51,831 nt of DNA from an uncultured Gammaproteobacteria bacterium (GTDB lineage Bacteria > Patescibacteriota > Patescibacteriia > UBA2196), in NCBI GenBank assembly GCA_964488715.1, contig CAZAVD010000001.1:1-51831 (forward strand), written 5' to 3'. The notes beneath the pieces were generated by a model. It was not told the origin of the DNA, did not search any database, and saw nothing but the letters and a program-made list of their open reading frames with translations. Positions 17,459 to 26,192 of this stretch are shown one piece after another. Positions within the stretch are counted from its first letter, which is position 1. The number at the start of each line of letters is the position of its first letter. The translations under genes and the position numbers were made by a program.

Positions 17459-17563
17459 GCTTATCCGACTACAATTATCCAAAGATAATTTTCATCAGCA
17501 GACCGCCCATTACAGGGGACGAAAATTAAAAATCTTTGGATTTTATTGTTGTAGTGGATAAGC
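17459..17563. repeat. 105-nt long imperfect inverted repeat upstream of the recombinase gene
   Basis: Three arm pairs: GCTTATCCGACTACAA (17459..17474) with TTGTAGTGGATAAGC (17549..17563); ATCCAAAGAT (17477..17486) with ATCTTTGGAT (17532..17541); AATTTTC (17487..17493) with GAAAATT (17521..17527). Confidence 0.7.
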
Positions 17564-17588
17564 AATTTAATTATATCATTTTTTAAAA

Positions 17589-17756
17589 TTATTGGTAGTA
17601 TGCCAATTCTACCTTTCTAATTGGTTTGTAAATCAATTTGATCATTGTTGCGAGCTTTGTAATTTGATTATATACAAAATCATCACTTTTATCTTCACCA
17701 AATCGATTCTTCCATAATACTTTAAATTCTTGAATCTTGTCTTTACTAATTTGCAT
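17589..17756 (-). CDS. 55-aa hypothetical protein (below ORF-track cutoff)
   Basis: ATG at 17756 and TAA at 17591..17589. Translation: MQISKDKIQEFKVLWKNRFGEDKSDDFVYNQITKLATMIKLIYKPIRKVELAYYQ. Co-directional with the recombinase gene. Confidence 0.35.
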   Translation of the reverse strand: MQISKDKIQEFKVLWKNRFGEDKSDDFVYNQITKLATMIKLIYKPIRKVELAYYQ

Positions 17757-17873
17757 ATAATTTTATATTTTTATACATCTGGTTTGTCCATGCACTGTAT
17801 AGTTAATCTATTTTTAATTGCATAGAATTATAGATAATAAATACATAGAAACTATATATAACTATATAATTAA

Positions 17874-18149
17874 CTATATATTAACTTGCTTGTAATACTC
17901 ATCCCAAATTAATCCTGATAATACTTCCCATTTTTTCTTATCGGGCATGAAGAAGATTGGATGATAACCGCCTCCACCTTTATATGACGGTGGTACAATC
18001 CAAAGTTTGTCTCCCTTGGGGTTTATAAATTCAGATGCCATTATTCTAAAACCTTTAACAACGAAGTGGTCAAAATCTAAATTGACGATGGCTTTCATGG
18101 TTTTATCTTGAGTCTTTTTGACTTCAATATTTTTTGGTGTATATTGCAT
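17874..18149 (-). CDS. SpoVG-like small protein (tentative)
   Basis: KAIVNLDFDHFVVKGFRIMAS...LWIVPPSYK resembles the SpoVG core (MKAxAsIT.D..FvV.diRVi.G..GlFVAMPS.R). Length 91 aa. Confidence 0.35.
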   Translation of the reverse strand: MQYTPKNIEVKKTQDKTMKAIVNLDFDHFVVKGFRIMASEFINPKGDKLWIVPPSYKGGGGYHPIFFMPDKKKWEVLSGLIWDEYYKQVNI

Positions 18150-18270
18150 ATGTTTTCATTTTTATAATTTATTAATTTTTAATTAAAACGAGCTTGTTTT
18201 TTGAGCGAACATTCCGAAATAGGTAAATAAGGTAAAAATCTCTCTGTCCTTATGATTTCATTATGATTCT

Positions 18271-18585
18271 TTACGTAAACAGTGGTCTTACAACTTCCTC
18301 GAGCCACTCTTTTGACTTATCAATAGATTTCTTAACAGACAGTATGTCTTTAGTTTTATTGGCTAACATATATTCTTTTTCTTTGATGAGTAATAGTTCA
18401 TCAAAAATACAATCAATGGAGGTATAATATGTATCTCTATTTTTGTTATTATCAATTCTTAAGATGTATTGATACCTATCTGCCCAGATTTCAAAGCGAT
18501 CATTAATCTTGCAAACAAGCCCATTTTCTTTTTCTAAATATTGCTCTCGACCTTTTTTGATTTTTTCTTTGTGTTTTTTGTCCAT
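18271..18585 (-). CDS. hypothetical protein
   Basis: ORF on the track. The internal ATG at 18585 (MDKKHKEK) is preferred over the TTG at 18627. Confidence 0.4.
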   Translation of the reverse strand: MDKKHKEKIKKGREQYLEKENGLVCKINDRFEIWADRYQYILRIDNNKNRDTYYTSIDCIFDELLLIKEKEYMLANKTKDILSVKKSIDKSKEWLEEVVRPLFT

Positions 18586-18790
18586 ATCTTTATTGGTTAA
18601 AAATAAAAAACCCCGCTGGTATTCCAACGAGGTTAAATAAGATTATTAATTTATTAAATTGTTAAGTTATCCACATTCACTATATTAATTCTAGCATACG
18701 TGTTCTCCAAAAATCGTCGAATTTAAGAATTAGTAAATACATAAAAAAACAGCCATTTTCAGACTGATATTACTTTGTTCTGTATATCCA

Positions 18791-19627
18791 TTATACCACG
18801 ACAAATTTCCTAATTTTGCCTATTTTGTTTAATTTGATAAATCTATCGTCCCCAGCTTGTATTTGCGGTCTAACCTTAATTAAATCAATACCAAACGAGT
18901 CATTGGATTTATCATTTATCTTTCCTATATTTGTGCTAGTGCTATTGTTGTCATTAAGAAGATCGGGATTGTTTTGTGAATCAAGTTTTTCACGATCTGC
19001 GTTGTAACACATCAAGCAAGTCAAATAGGACATTTTAGTCTCTGTTATCCCGGGGTTATGTATAATATCTATACTCCTAAAAGAGATGTAATTAATTGGA
19101 TCGCATTTTTCCCAGTTATGTTTGTTTATATTGTAGCCTTTTTCTTCATCTGGATTTGCTATTCTGTCATTAAACATGTATCTACACATTTTTGCTAATT
19201 CACCCCTGATACTATCAAATCTAATCTTTTTCCCATTGTAATATATTTCCATTTTGTTTTCTTTTATAAATTTTTTTAGAATGAATTCATTGGAATGTGC
19301 TTGAGAATATATTATGCCCAAAAAATAGTCCAACTTAATTCTTTTATATTTAATCTTTATCTCTTTGTTGTTGTCATAATTTTCAACCAATTTATTTAAT
19401 ATCTCTTTATTCCTAATTTCAATAACTGGATCTTTTTGACTATCTTTAATTATTTGATTTAAAGCTTGCTTAAATTTATCCATATTTTCTTTAATGGATT
19501 TTTTTCTATCAAACAAAGGAAAATCTTTTAGTCTAAAAATAACGATTCTCATTTGTTCGTCTTTGTCATCTAGTCTCCTTTGAACAAGAAATTTACAGAT
19601 CTCGAATTGATATTCTTTATTAGTCAT
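18791..19627 (-). CDS. hypothetical protein
   Basis: Long ORF. ATG at 19627 (MTNKEYQFEICKF). No motif recognised. Confidence 0.5.
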   Translation of the reverse strand: MTNKEYQFEICKFLVQRRLDDKDEQMRIVIFRLKDFPLFDRKKSIKENMDKFKQALNQIIKDSQKDPVIEIRNKEILNKLVENYDNNKEIKIKYKRIKLDYFLGIIYSQAHSNEFILKKFIKENKMEIYYNGKKIRFDSIRGELAKMCRYMFNDRIANPDEEKGYNINKHNWEKCDPINYISFRSIDIIHNPGITETKMSYLTCLMCYNADREKLDSQNNPDLLNDNNSTSTNIGKINDKSNDSFGIDLIKVRPQIQAGDDRFIKLNKIGKIRKFVVV

Positions 19628-20048
19628 ATACTTTAATAATAGCACCAAAAGCATAAAACATTAAGAAGAACCTCGTACAAATACGTCTTTTACTCTAGTT
19701 ATTACTGACATTCTAGTATGTATGCTAAAAAATACTCAAAACAGCGAAAGAGTCCCTAAAAATAGTATTTTAATCTCACAAATATGGGACCCAAATAACC
19801 ACCCCCCATGCCACAATTATTTAATACCAATTTTATAGATGAATAATTGATTCTAGATAAGATTATTCATCAAGCTATTACTGCTTAATCACAGTCGGTC
19901 TGTTGCTATTTGTCTGCCGTCACATGATCAAATAGCACCAAGCAATTATAAGCCAGGAACTGCAGTCTTGGCTTATTTTGTTTGGTTAAGAAAAAGGTCG
20001 GCTCGGGCGGCTCGCTCACGCTAATTAAGCTAATTAAATTATAAATCT

Positions 20049-20516
20049 ATGACAAGAGGAACGAGTATACTTATCACTAACACAAAATCAATCATAAGTT
20101 GTGAGTGGGATGGTGATATGTATATAGAAAAAGACTCAAACGGACAAGCCCTGCTCAATCATTTAGAAGATGTAAATACTGTCAGGCAATTTAAACGAGC
20201 TATAGAAAAGTTTAATGATAATCACTTTGGATATAATGATGTTCCTATATATCTCACAGTAAAACGATTAAGGAATATTAAGTTTAAACAGAGCACCTAT
20301 TACAGAGATTGGTTTAGTGATTACTTATTCTTTTTAAACATTTCTTGGTTCAAAATCAAAATTACTGACATGGATAATAACGTATTTCATCTATACCCTG
20401 GGGAACTCGTTGTCTTTTATTTCGGTAAGTTTTATATGTCCCATAATTATCACGCAAAAGCTTATGCAGAAATACCAATCGAAACAATTAAACCAATACC
20501 AGCAGAACAACATTGA
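20049..20516 (+). CDS. hypothetical protein
   Basis: 155-aa ORF with no recognisable motif. Confidence 0.45.
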   Translation: MTRGTSILITNTKSIISCEWDGDMYIEKDSNGQALLNHLEDVNTVRQFKRAIEKFNDNHFGYNDVPIYLTVKRLRNIKFKQSTYYRDWFSDYLFFLNISWFKIKITDMDNNVFHLYPGELVVFYFGKFYMSHNYHAKAYAEIPIETIKPIPAEQH

Positions 20517-20715
20517 GATTCTAGATTCTCAAACTCTGCAAAAACTTAAAAACAATGATTGGCGTAATGCTCCTACACTTATTTTAAGATGTATTAAGTG
20601 CGGGAAAAATGGTCGAATTACAATGCCAATTGTTTGTTTCTTTAACTACGATCCAACACGAATTATGTGTTACGATTGTCAAAAATTATATGGAAAAAGA
20701 AAATACCTTTCATAA
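20464..20715 (+). CDS. small zinc-ribbon protein (start uncertain)
   Basis: CIKCG...CYDC pairs. The ATG at 20464 overlaps the preceding ORF. Confidence 0.35.
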   Translation: MQKYQSKQLNQYQQNNIEILDSQTLQKLKNNDWRNAPTLILRCIKCGKNGRITMPIVCFFNYDPTRIMCYDCQKLYGKRKYLS

Positions 20716-21001
20716 GGCCCAAATAAATTTTACTGTGCGACGGGATAAGGATAATAATGTGATAGATAAGAATGTGATGATTAATGTTAGAACGAATGAA
20801 GTTTCTGAAGCAATATCAGTTTACAATTCATTGCGTCAACAATTGAATGGACAACTTGATCCTAATCCTACACAGGGTCAATTAACAGAAAAATGTCCAA
20901 ACTGTGGTAGAAACTTAGTAGAAAGAAAATCAAAGAATGGTGACACCTTTCTTGGTTGTAGCGGTTTTCGGGACGGATGCAGATTTACTAAAACACTATA
21001 G
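20690..21001 (+). CDS. small protein with a topoisomerase-type C4 zinc finger
   Basis: CPNCGRNLVERKSKNGDTFLGCSGFRDGCRFT matches the zf-C4_Topoisom pattern. ATG at 20690. Confidence 0.55.
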   Translation: MEKENTFHKAQINFTVRRDKDNNVIDKNVMINVRTNEVSEAISVYNSLRQQLNGQLDPNPTQGQLTEKCPNCGRNLVERKSKNGDTFLGCSGFRDGCRFTKTL

Positions 21002-21009
21002 TTTTTAAT

Positions 21010-21043
21010 AAAGGCTACATTCACTTGTTAGCCTTTATTTTTT
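21010..21043 (+). terminator. rho-independent terminator
   Basis: AAGGCTA...TAGCCTT stem followed by TATTTTTT. Confidence 0.55.
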
Positions 21044-21252
21044 GCCATAATTGGTTTATACTTAAATTAGTTAATAATACAATTTAATTTAGCCTAACCC
21101 ATTGGTGTTTACTGGTGGCATGGTTATAAATCCTCGAATACAAAGATGGCTTAGTTAGTCAGTCCTGTATTCGAGGTCTACTTGGGAAACCTTGTAGGAT
21201 ATCTGAAAAGATATCGCTGACGCTGAGCCTTTTTTGTTCCCCATAAACACAT

Positions 21253-21543
21253 ATGAAGATCAAGCAAAATATCACAAAAGAACAATGGGATGAAATGGAT
21301 GAAAAACAAAAGGGATTATTTATTAAAAATACTCCTTCTTTTGAATATACAAATAACAACTATCCTAACATAGGACAGATGATAGAATTTTTAGGCCACA
21401 ATTGGGATAATAATTTTGTTGATTATTCTCAAGAACATAAATCTGTAATGTTACCCCCTTACGATGTTTTGTGTGATCAGCTTTGGAAAAACTGCAAAGA
21501 CAAACTGAAACACAAAAATATAGACGAATTAAAAAACTTTTAA
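21253..21543 (+). CDS. hypothetical protein
   Basis: 96-aa ORF. Confidence 0.4.
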   Translation: MKIKQNITKEQWDEMDEKQKGLFIKNTPSFEYTNNNYPNIGQMIEFLGHNWDNNFVDYSQEHKSVMLPPYDVLCDQLWKNCKDKLKHKNIDELKNF

Positions 21544-21547
21544 TTAT

Positions 21548-21985
21548 ATGCAAACTAAAACCAAAATCTTAATCAAACAATTTGCATTAGTTACCATAGC
21601 ACTTTTGATTTGTTTTCTGCTCGTAATCTTTGAAATCGATTACTTTGATTTGATGTTTGCTAATTACGAATTTTTATATAATACAGCACAAATAATCGGA
21701 GCACTAATGGCAGTATTAGTTATTTTATATATCATCAAATTTAAGAGTAGCGACTTTAAGATTTTAAATACCATTTTTAGAGTTTTATCTTGGATATTTA
21801 TAGCCAGTTCATTATCATTATTTATAATCGAAATATTTAACATGTTTCGTTTTTCTTATTCTGATATAACTTATATTTTATATCTCACCCCGTATTTAAT
21901 AACAGCCATATTATTCTATCTGGCAGTTAGAGCCAATAAGAAATTAAATAACCAAAATGAAAAAATTAATCAAGAAAATAAATGA
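21548..21985 (+). CDS. hypothetical multi-pass membrane protein
   Basis: 145 aa with about 4 hydrophobic helices. Confidence 0.5.
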   Translation: MQTKTKILIKQFALVTIALLICFLLVIFEIDYFDLMFANYEFLYNTAQIIGALMAVLVILYIIKFKSSDFKILNTIFRVLSWIFIASSLSLFIIEIFNMFRFSYSDITYILYLTPYLITAILFYLAVRANKKLNNQNEKINQENK

Positions 21986-22292
21986 CACCATAGAAAAACA
22001 TGCAATTGGTATAGAAATCGGATTGTTCTTTGTGGTACTTTCAGAACTCTTGCACTTTCTCAAATATTCAAAATTCTCAGTTGATATGATGATGGTCGAG
22101 GTTTTTGCCTTAGTATTTATTGTGTTGATACTGAATTTATTTCAGACAGAAAAGGATAAGAGGAAATTGATCTTAAAAACTGCAGGGCTTATATTGCTAT
22201 TTGTGCTAATAGCTTTTCAGATTATGTTTGACCACATATTCGGGGAAGGGTTTACTTGTTGTGAGGAAGTGTTTGATTGGATATTAAGGTAG
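21957..22292 (+). CDS. hypothetical membrane protein
   Basis: 111 aa with about 3 hydrophobic helices. Overlaps the previous gene by 29 nt. Confidence 0.45.
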   Translation: MKKLIKKINDTIEKHAIGIEIGLFFVVLSELLHFLKYSKFSVDMMMVEVFALVFIVLILNLFQTEKDKRKLILKTAGLILLFVLIAFQIMFDHIFGEGFTCCEEVFDWILR

Positions 22293-22325
22293 TAAATATA
22301 GATAAAAGGTAGTAAATATAGATAA
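22286..22325. repeat. perfect 2 x 20 bp tandem duplication
   Basis: AAGGTAGTAAATATAGATAA occurs twice, straddling the stop codon at 22290..22292. Confidence 0.9.
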
Positions 22326-22331
22326 TAAGAT

Positions 22332-22355
22332 AAACCGCTAATATTTGCGGTTTTT
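22332..22355 (+). terminator. rho-independent terminator
   Basis: AACCGC-TAATATTT-GCGGTT followed by TTT. Confidence 0.6.
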
Positions 22356-22372
22356 ATTTTCATATACAACTA

Positions 22373-22401
22373 TTGACAGAGAAAAGTATAAGGAATATAA
22401 T
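22373..22401 (+). promoter_or_regulatory. consensus promoter TTGACA-17-TATAAT (distal hsd promoter)
   Basis: TTGACA at 22373..22378 and TATAAT at 22396..22401. Confidence 0.6.
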
Positions 22402-22432
22402 TACAGTATAGCGTATGTATGTAATCAAAAAC

Positions 22433-22461
22433 TTGACAAATAATTTGCATAGATTTATACT
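22433..22461 (+). promoter_or_regulatory. promoter TTGACA-17-TATACT placed for a leaderless hsd mRNA
   Basis: TTGACA at 22433..22438 and TATACT at 22456..22461. The ATG at 22468 lies 7 nt after the -10 box and has no Shine-Dalgarno sequence. Confidence 0.55.
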
Positions 22462-22467
22462 ACAAGC

Positions 22468-23037
22468 ATGAATACTAAATACCTCAAAGAAATTGCATTA
22501 GTTATTGCTGGTTATTCGTTTAGATCAGCATTAAAACCACGCTCAGAAGGCTCTATGGCCGTTATCCAGGCCAAGGACATCGTGGATAATCTTTTTGTTA
22601 ATTCAAATAATCTAACCAAAATTGATCCGCCACAATATCAAGCTAAGGCTATAACACAAAAAAATGATATTGTTGTTTCCTCTCGTGGTTGCTTTAGGGC
22701 AAATGTTGTTCAAGATAATACTAGTAAAATAATAGCCGCTTCATCTGTTTATGTGTTAAGGCTGCAGGATAAAAATATATTACCAGAATACTTGGCAATA
22801 TATCTCAACTCAATTGACGGACAGAAAAAACTCAAAGAAAAAGTCACAGGCAGTGTTATTAAGACAATTCTTCGTAAAGATTTAGAAAATATTAAAATAC
22901 CAATCCCAGGTCAAGATATACAGAATAAAATTATTAAAATTTATAACAACAACCAAATTCAACAAAAATTATTAACTCAAAAAAAGATATTAATCAACCA
23001 AGTAGTTGAAACCTCAATATCTAATTTTCTAAAATAA
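22468..23037 (+). CDS. hsdS: half-size type I restriction specificity subunit (single TRD)
   Basis: 189 aa. One target-recognition-like domain followed by a conserved helical region (LENIKIPIPGQDIQNKIIKIY...). Lies directly upstream of hsdM. Confidence 0.6.
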   Translation: MNTKYLKEIALVIAGYSFRSALKPRSEGSMAVIQAKDIVDNLFVNSNNLTKIDPPQYQAKAITQKNDIVVSSRGCFRANVVQDNTSKIIAASSVYVLRLQDKNILPEYLAIYLNSIDGQKKLKEKVTGSVIKTILRKDLENIKIPIPGQDIQNKIIKIYNNNQIQQKLLTQKKILINQVVETSISNFLK

Positions 23038-23038
23038 T

Positions 23039-24556
23039 ATGTCTAACTCGAAATTCACCCAAGAACAACTTAATAAAACACTTTGGCAAGCAGCTGACTC
23101 ATCTCGCTCCTCTCTTGATGGTGGAGTGTATAAAAATTATGTGTTAGTGATGTTGTTTTATAAATACATTAGCGACTTGTCAAAAAAGCAACACGAAAGA
23201 TATAAAGAAAGATTTGGTGATGATGAAGCACGCATTCAAGAGAAAATGAAATCAGATCGTTTTTACTTACCGCCCAATACCTCTTTTGAATATATTTACA
23301 GAATAAATGAGCAAGATAATATTGGCGAGGAAATTAATAAAGCATTAGACAAAATTGAAGATCATAATAAGCAAAAGCTGGAAGGGATTTTGACATCCCT
23401 TGATTTTAATTCAGAGAACACTTTGGGCAAATTGGAACAACGCAACAAAATGATCCGCCACTTAATTCATGATTTTCATAAAATAGATTTGAGCGAAGTG
23501 AATGATGATATTATTGGCAATTCATATATGTATATGATTGAGAGGTTTGGTTCTGACGCAGGCAAAAAAGCTGGAGAATTTTTTACCGTCAAATGCGTAG
23601 CTAAATTATTAGCAAAGCTTGCCGAGCCAAAAGACGGTGACAGAATTTGTGACCCAGCCTGTGGATCGGGCGGACTACTTTTACTTGCTGGTGAAGAGAT
23701 AGAAAAACAAGGCTCAAAAAATTATGCTTTATATGGACAGGAATCAACAGGCTCAACATACCAGCTTGCTAGAATGAACATGTTTCTGCATGGTAAAGAT
23801 TCGGCCCGTTTGGAATGGGGTGATACTCTTAATAATCCACTACTCGTAGAAAATGACAAGCTGATGAAGTTTGATTTAGCTATTGCTAATCCGCCATTTT
23901 CTCTAAAGAAATGGGGAGCAGAAAATGCAGAGGGTGATAAATATAATAGATTTTGGCGAGGAATACCACCAAAAGATAAAGGCGACTTTGCTTTTATTTC
24001 TCATATGGTAGAAGTAACTAAACCAAAAACTGGACGAGTAGCAGTAATTGTTCCGCATGGTGTTCTCTTTCGTGGCGGAGCCGAGGGTAAAATCAGGCAA
24101 AAAATGCTTGAGGAAAATATAATTGATTCAGTTATTGGACTTCCTGCTGGGTTATTCCAGACCACAGGTATTCCAGTGGCTATTTTAATAATTGATCGCT
24201 CAAGAGAAAAAGGTGGAGTTAATGAAAATAAGAAAGATATATTATTTATTGAAGGATCAAAAGAGTTCGTACCAGGCAAGGCACAAAACAGTATGAGTGA
24301 AGAAAACATTACCAAGATATTTGATACTTATAAAGACAGGAAAACAATTGATAAGTTTTCAAGAGTAGTTAAGCCCGATGAAATAAAAGAGAATGATTTT
24401 AATTTGAATATCACTCGTTATGTAGACACCTTTGAAGAAGAGGAAGAAATTGATATTTCCGCTAACTTGAAAGAGCTAGCCAAGATTGATCCCGAGTTGA
24501 ATAAACTTGAAAAAGAAATGCAGGGGTATCTAAAGGATTTAAATATTAATAATTAA
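23039..24556 (+). CDS. hsdM: type I R-M N6-adenine DNA methyltransferase subunit M
   Basis: HsdM N-terminal domain (LWQAADSSRSSLDG..YKNYVLVMLFYKYISD), AdoMet motif DPACGSGG and catalytic NPPF. Confidence 0.9.
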   Translation: MSNSKFTQEQLNKTLWQAADSSRSSLDGGVYKNYVLVMLFYKYISDLSKKQHERYKERFGDDEARIQEKMKSDRFYLPPNTSFEYIYRINEQDNIGEEINKALDKIEDHNKQKLEGILTSLDFNSENTLGKLEQRNKMIRHLIHDFHKIDLSEVNDDIIGNSYMYMIERFGSDAGKKAGEFFTVKCVAKLLAKLAEPKDGDRICDPACGSGGLLLLAGEEIEKQGSKNYALYGQESTGSTYQLARMNMFLHGKDSARLEWGDTLNNPLLVENDKLMKFDLAIANPPFSLKKWGAENAEGDKYNRFWRGIPPKDKGDFAFISHMVEVTKPKTGRVAVIVPHGVLFRGGAEGKIRQKMLEENIIDSVIGLPAGLFQTTGIPVAILIIDRSREKGGVNENKKDILFIEGSKEFVPGKAQNSMSEENITKIFDTYKDRKTIDKFSRVVKPDEIKENDFNLNITRYVDTFEEEEEIDISANLKELAKIDPELNKLEKEMQGYLKDLNINN

Positions 24557-24583
24557 TTTTGGCCTTATGGTCATTATAAACAT

Positions 24584-25088
24584 ATGGAGAAAACTAAAAG
24601 ACAAATTTTCTACAGCTTTCACTACAAGCCAGATAATTGGAGAGTAGCTCAGGTTAGAAATATAGGTTCTGTTGAGGGTAATAAACCAGCCCCCCGATAA
24701 TGATTGGGAGACTATAACCCAAGAAGGAGATGATGCAATTAGAGATTGGATTAATAAACAAATGAAATATCGTTCGTGTACAGTCGTCCTTGTGGGAGCA
24801 AATACAGCAAACAGAAAGTGGATTAATTATGAAATAAGAAAATCGTGGGAATCAGGAATGGGGGTCGTTGGCATACGCATACACGGCTTAAAGAACAAAG
24901 ATGGTCTTATTGCAAAAAGAGGAAATAATCCATTTGATTATTTATCATTTAAAGATGATAAGAAATTATCAAAGGTCATTAAGTGTTATAACCCGCAAGG
25001 GGAAAACAGTAAAGAAAGGTATGCTTGGATTTCAAATTATTTATCAGCTGCGGTTGAAGAGGCTATAGAAATTAGAAATAATTATTAA
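24584..25088 (+). pseudogene. thsB: ThsB-like TIR (DUF1863) gene interrupted by a +1 frameshift in a C6 run
   Basis: From the ATG at 24584 the frame reads MEKTKRQIFYSFHYKPDNWRVAQVRNIGSVEGNKPAPR and stops at 24698..24700. The next frame continues DNDWETITQEGDDAIRDWINKQMKYRSCTVVLVGANTANRKWINYEIRKSW...GIRIHGL...NPFDYL. The C run is at 24690..24695. Confidence 0.75.
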
Positions 25089-25092
25089 TTAT

Positions 25093-25500
25093 ATGAGTGA
25101 AAAAAAATTAAAACATTTAGAATTTATTCAAGGTGTCATCTCGAGAATGGCTGGCAACCTCTTTTATTTAAGAGGTTGGGTGATTACCCTAATGGCAGGT
25201 ATTCTTGTTTTGCTAACCCAGGTAACTGTTGGGAAATTGCCAGTGATATTTTTAACCATGATAATTTTAATTTTTTGGATATATGATGGTTATTTTCTAT
25301 CCTTAGAAAGAATGCACAGGGACTTATATGATAAGGTAAGAAATTTAGAAGAAGAGAAGATTGATTTTTCAATGTCTGTAAGTGAATTCAAAAAACTTAA
25401 AAAGAACTCCATAATTTTTTGTATCTTCTCGAAGACTCTTCTATTCTTTTATGCTCCTTTATTAATATCAGCTTTATATGTAATTTTCTCTATAAAATAA
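25093..25500 (+). CDS. small 3-TM membrane protein (candidate effector)
   Basis: 135 aa. Helices WVITLMAGILVLLTQV, LPVIFLTMIILIFWIYDGYFL and IIFCIFSKTLLFFYAPLLISALYVIFSI. Separated from the flanking TIR genes by 4-nt and 5-nt gaps. Confidence 0.6.
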   Translation: MSEKKLKHLEFIQGVISRMAGNLFYLRGWVITLMAGILVLLTQVTVGKLPVIFLTMIILIFWIYDGYFLSLERMHRDLYDKVRNLEEEKIDFSMSVSEFKKLKKNSIIFCIFSKTLLFFYAPLLISALYVIFSIK

Positions 25501-25505
25501 ATCAT

Positions 25506-26192
25506 ATGTCTAATCAGAACACATCAAGAAAGATTTTTGTTAGCTATAAACATAGCGATAGTTCGGTTGCTCCATTAGATAGGGCCACCCAGCAATATGA
25601 GATGACTCAAGCCAGGCATTATGTGGCAGAGCTTGAGGAGTTATTGAAAGACGAGAACCATATATACAAAGGCGAAAGAGATAACGAGCCACTAGATCAG
25701 TTTAAAGATGAAACAATCGAATCAAAATTAAAACAGAAAATCTTTGATAGCAGTTTAACTATTGTTTTAATATCCAAAAATATGAAAAATCTATATGAAA
25801 ACGAGAGTGACCAGTGGATTCCTTGGGAGATTTCTTATTCGCTAAAAGAGATGACAAAAAATGGAGTAACCAGTAAAACAAATGCCATGTTGGCTGTTGT
25901 TCTACCAGATGAAAATAACAGCTATACCTACATGGTTAATCACTTACCTTGTGTTATTCGTTGGAATACGGCTGATTTGTTTAGTATTTTGAACAGAAAC
26001 ATGTTTAATCGAAATAATAAAAATACTAAAAGATGTGAACAATGTGGTGGTTATCACCATATAGGCGACGATCATTCTTATGTTCATCCAGTAAAATGGT
26101 ATGACTTTATTAGAGACATGAATTCATATATAGATTATGCTTATAACTTGAATGACAATATTCAGGATTATGATCTCAGAAAATTATGCTAA
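25506..26192 (+). CDS. second TIR-like (DUF1863-type) protein with a Cys/His-rich C-terminus
   Basis: ATG at 25506. Contains KIFVSYKHSD, SSLTIVLISKNM and SDQWIPWEISYSL. The C-terminus has CEQCGGYHH. Confidence 0.6.
   Translation: MSNQNTSRKIFVSYKHSDSSVAPLDRATQQYEMTQARHYVAELEELLKDENHIYKGERDNEPLDQFKDETIESKLKQKIFDSSLTIVLISKNMKNLYENESDQWIPWEISYSLKEMTKNGVTSKTNAMLAVVLPDENNSYTYMVNHLPCVIRWNTADLFSILNRNMFNRNNKNTKRCEQCGGYHHIGDDHSYVHPVKWYDFIRDMNSYIDYAYNLNDNIQDYDLRKLC

Noticed and set aside
17379-17561. ORF 17379..17561(+)
   Set aside because: It overlaps the recombinase start on the opposite strand and runs through the long inverted repeat, which is better explained as structure.
21159-21359. ORF 21159..21359(-)
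   Set aside because: It is antisense to the start of the 21253..21543 gene and spans the structured intergenic hairpins.
23903-24315. Antisense ORFs in hsdM (23903..24100, 24001..24315), and similar ones in hsdS/hsdR (26590..26937, 27202..27468, 28373..28582)
   Set aside because: They overlap well-supported sense genes and contain no motifs.
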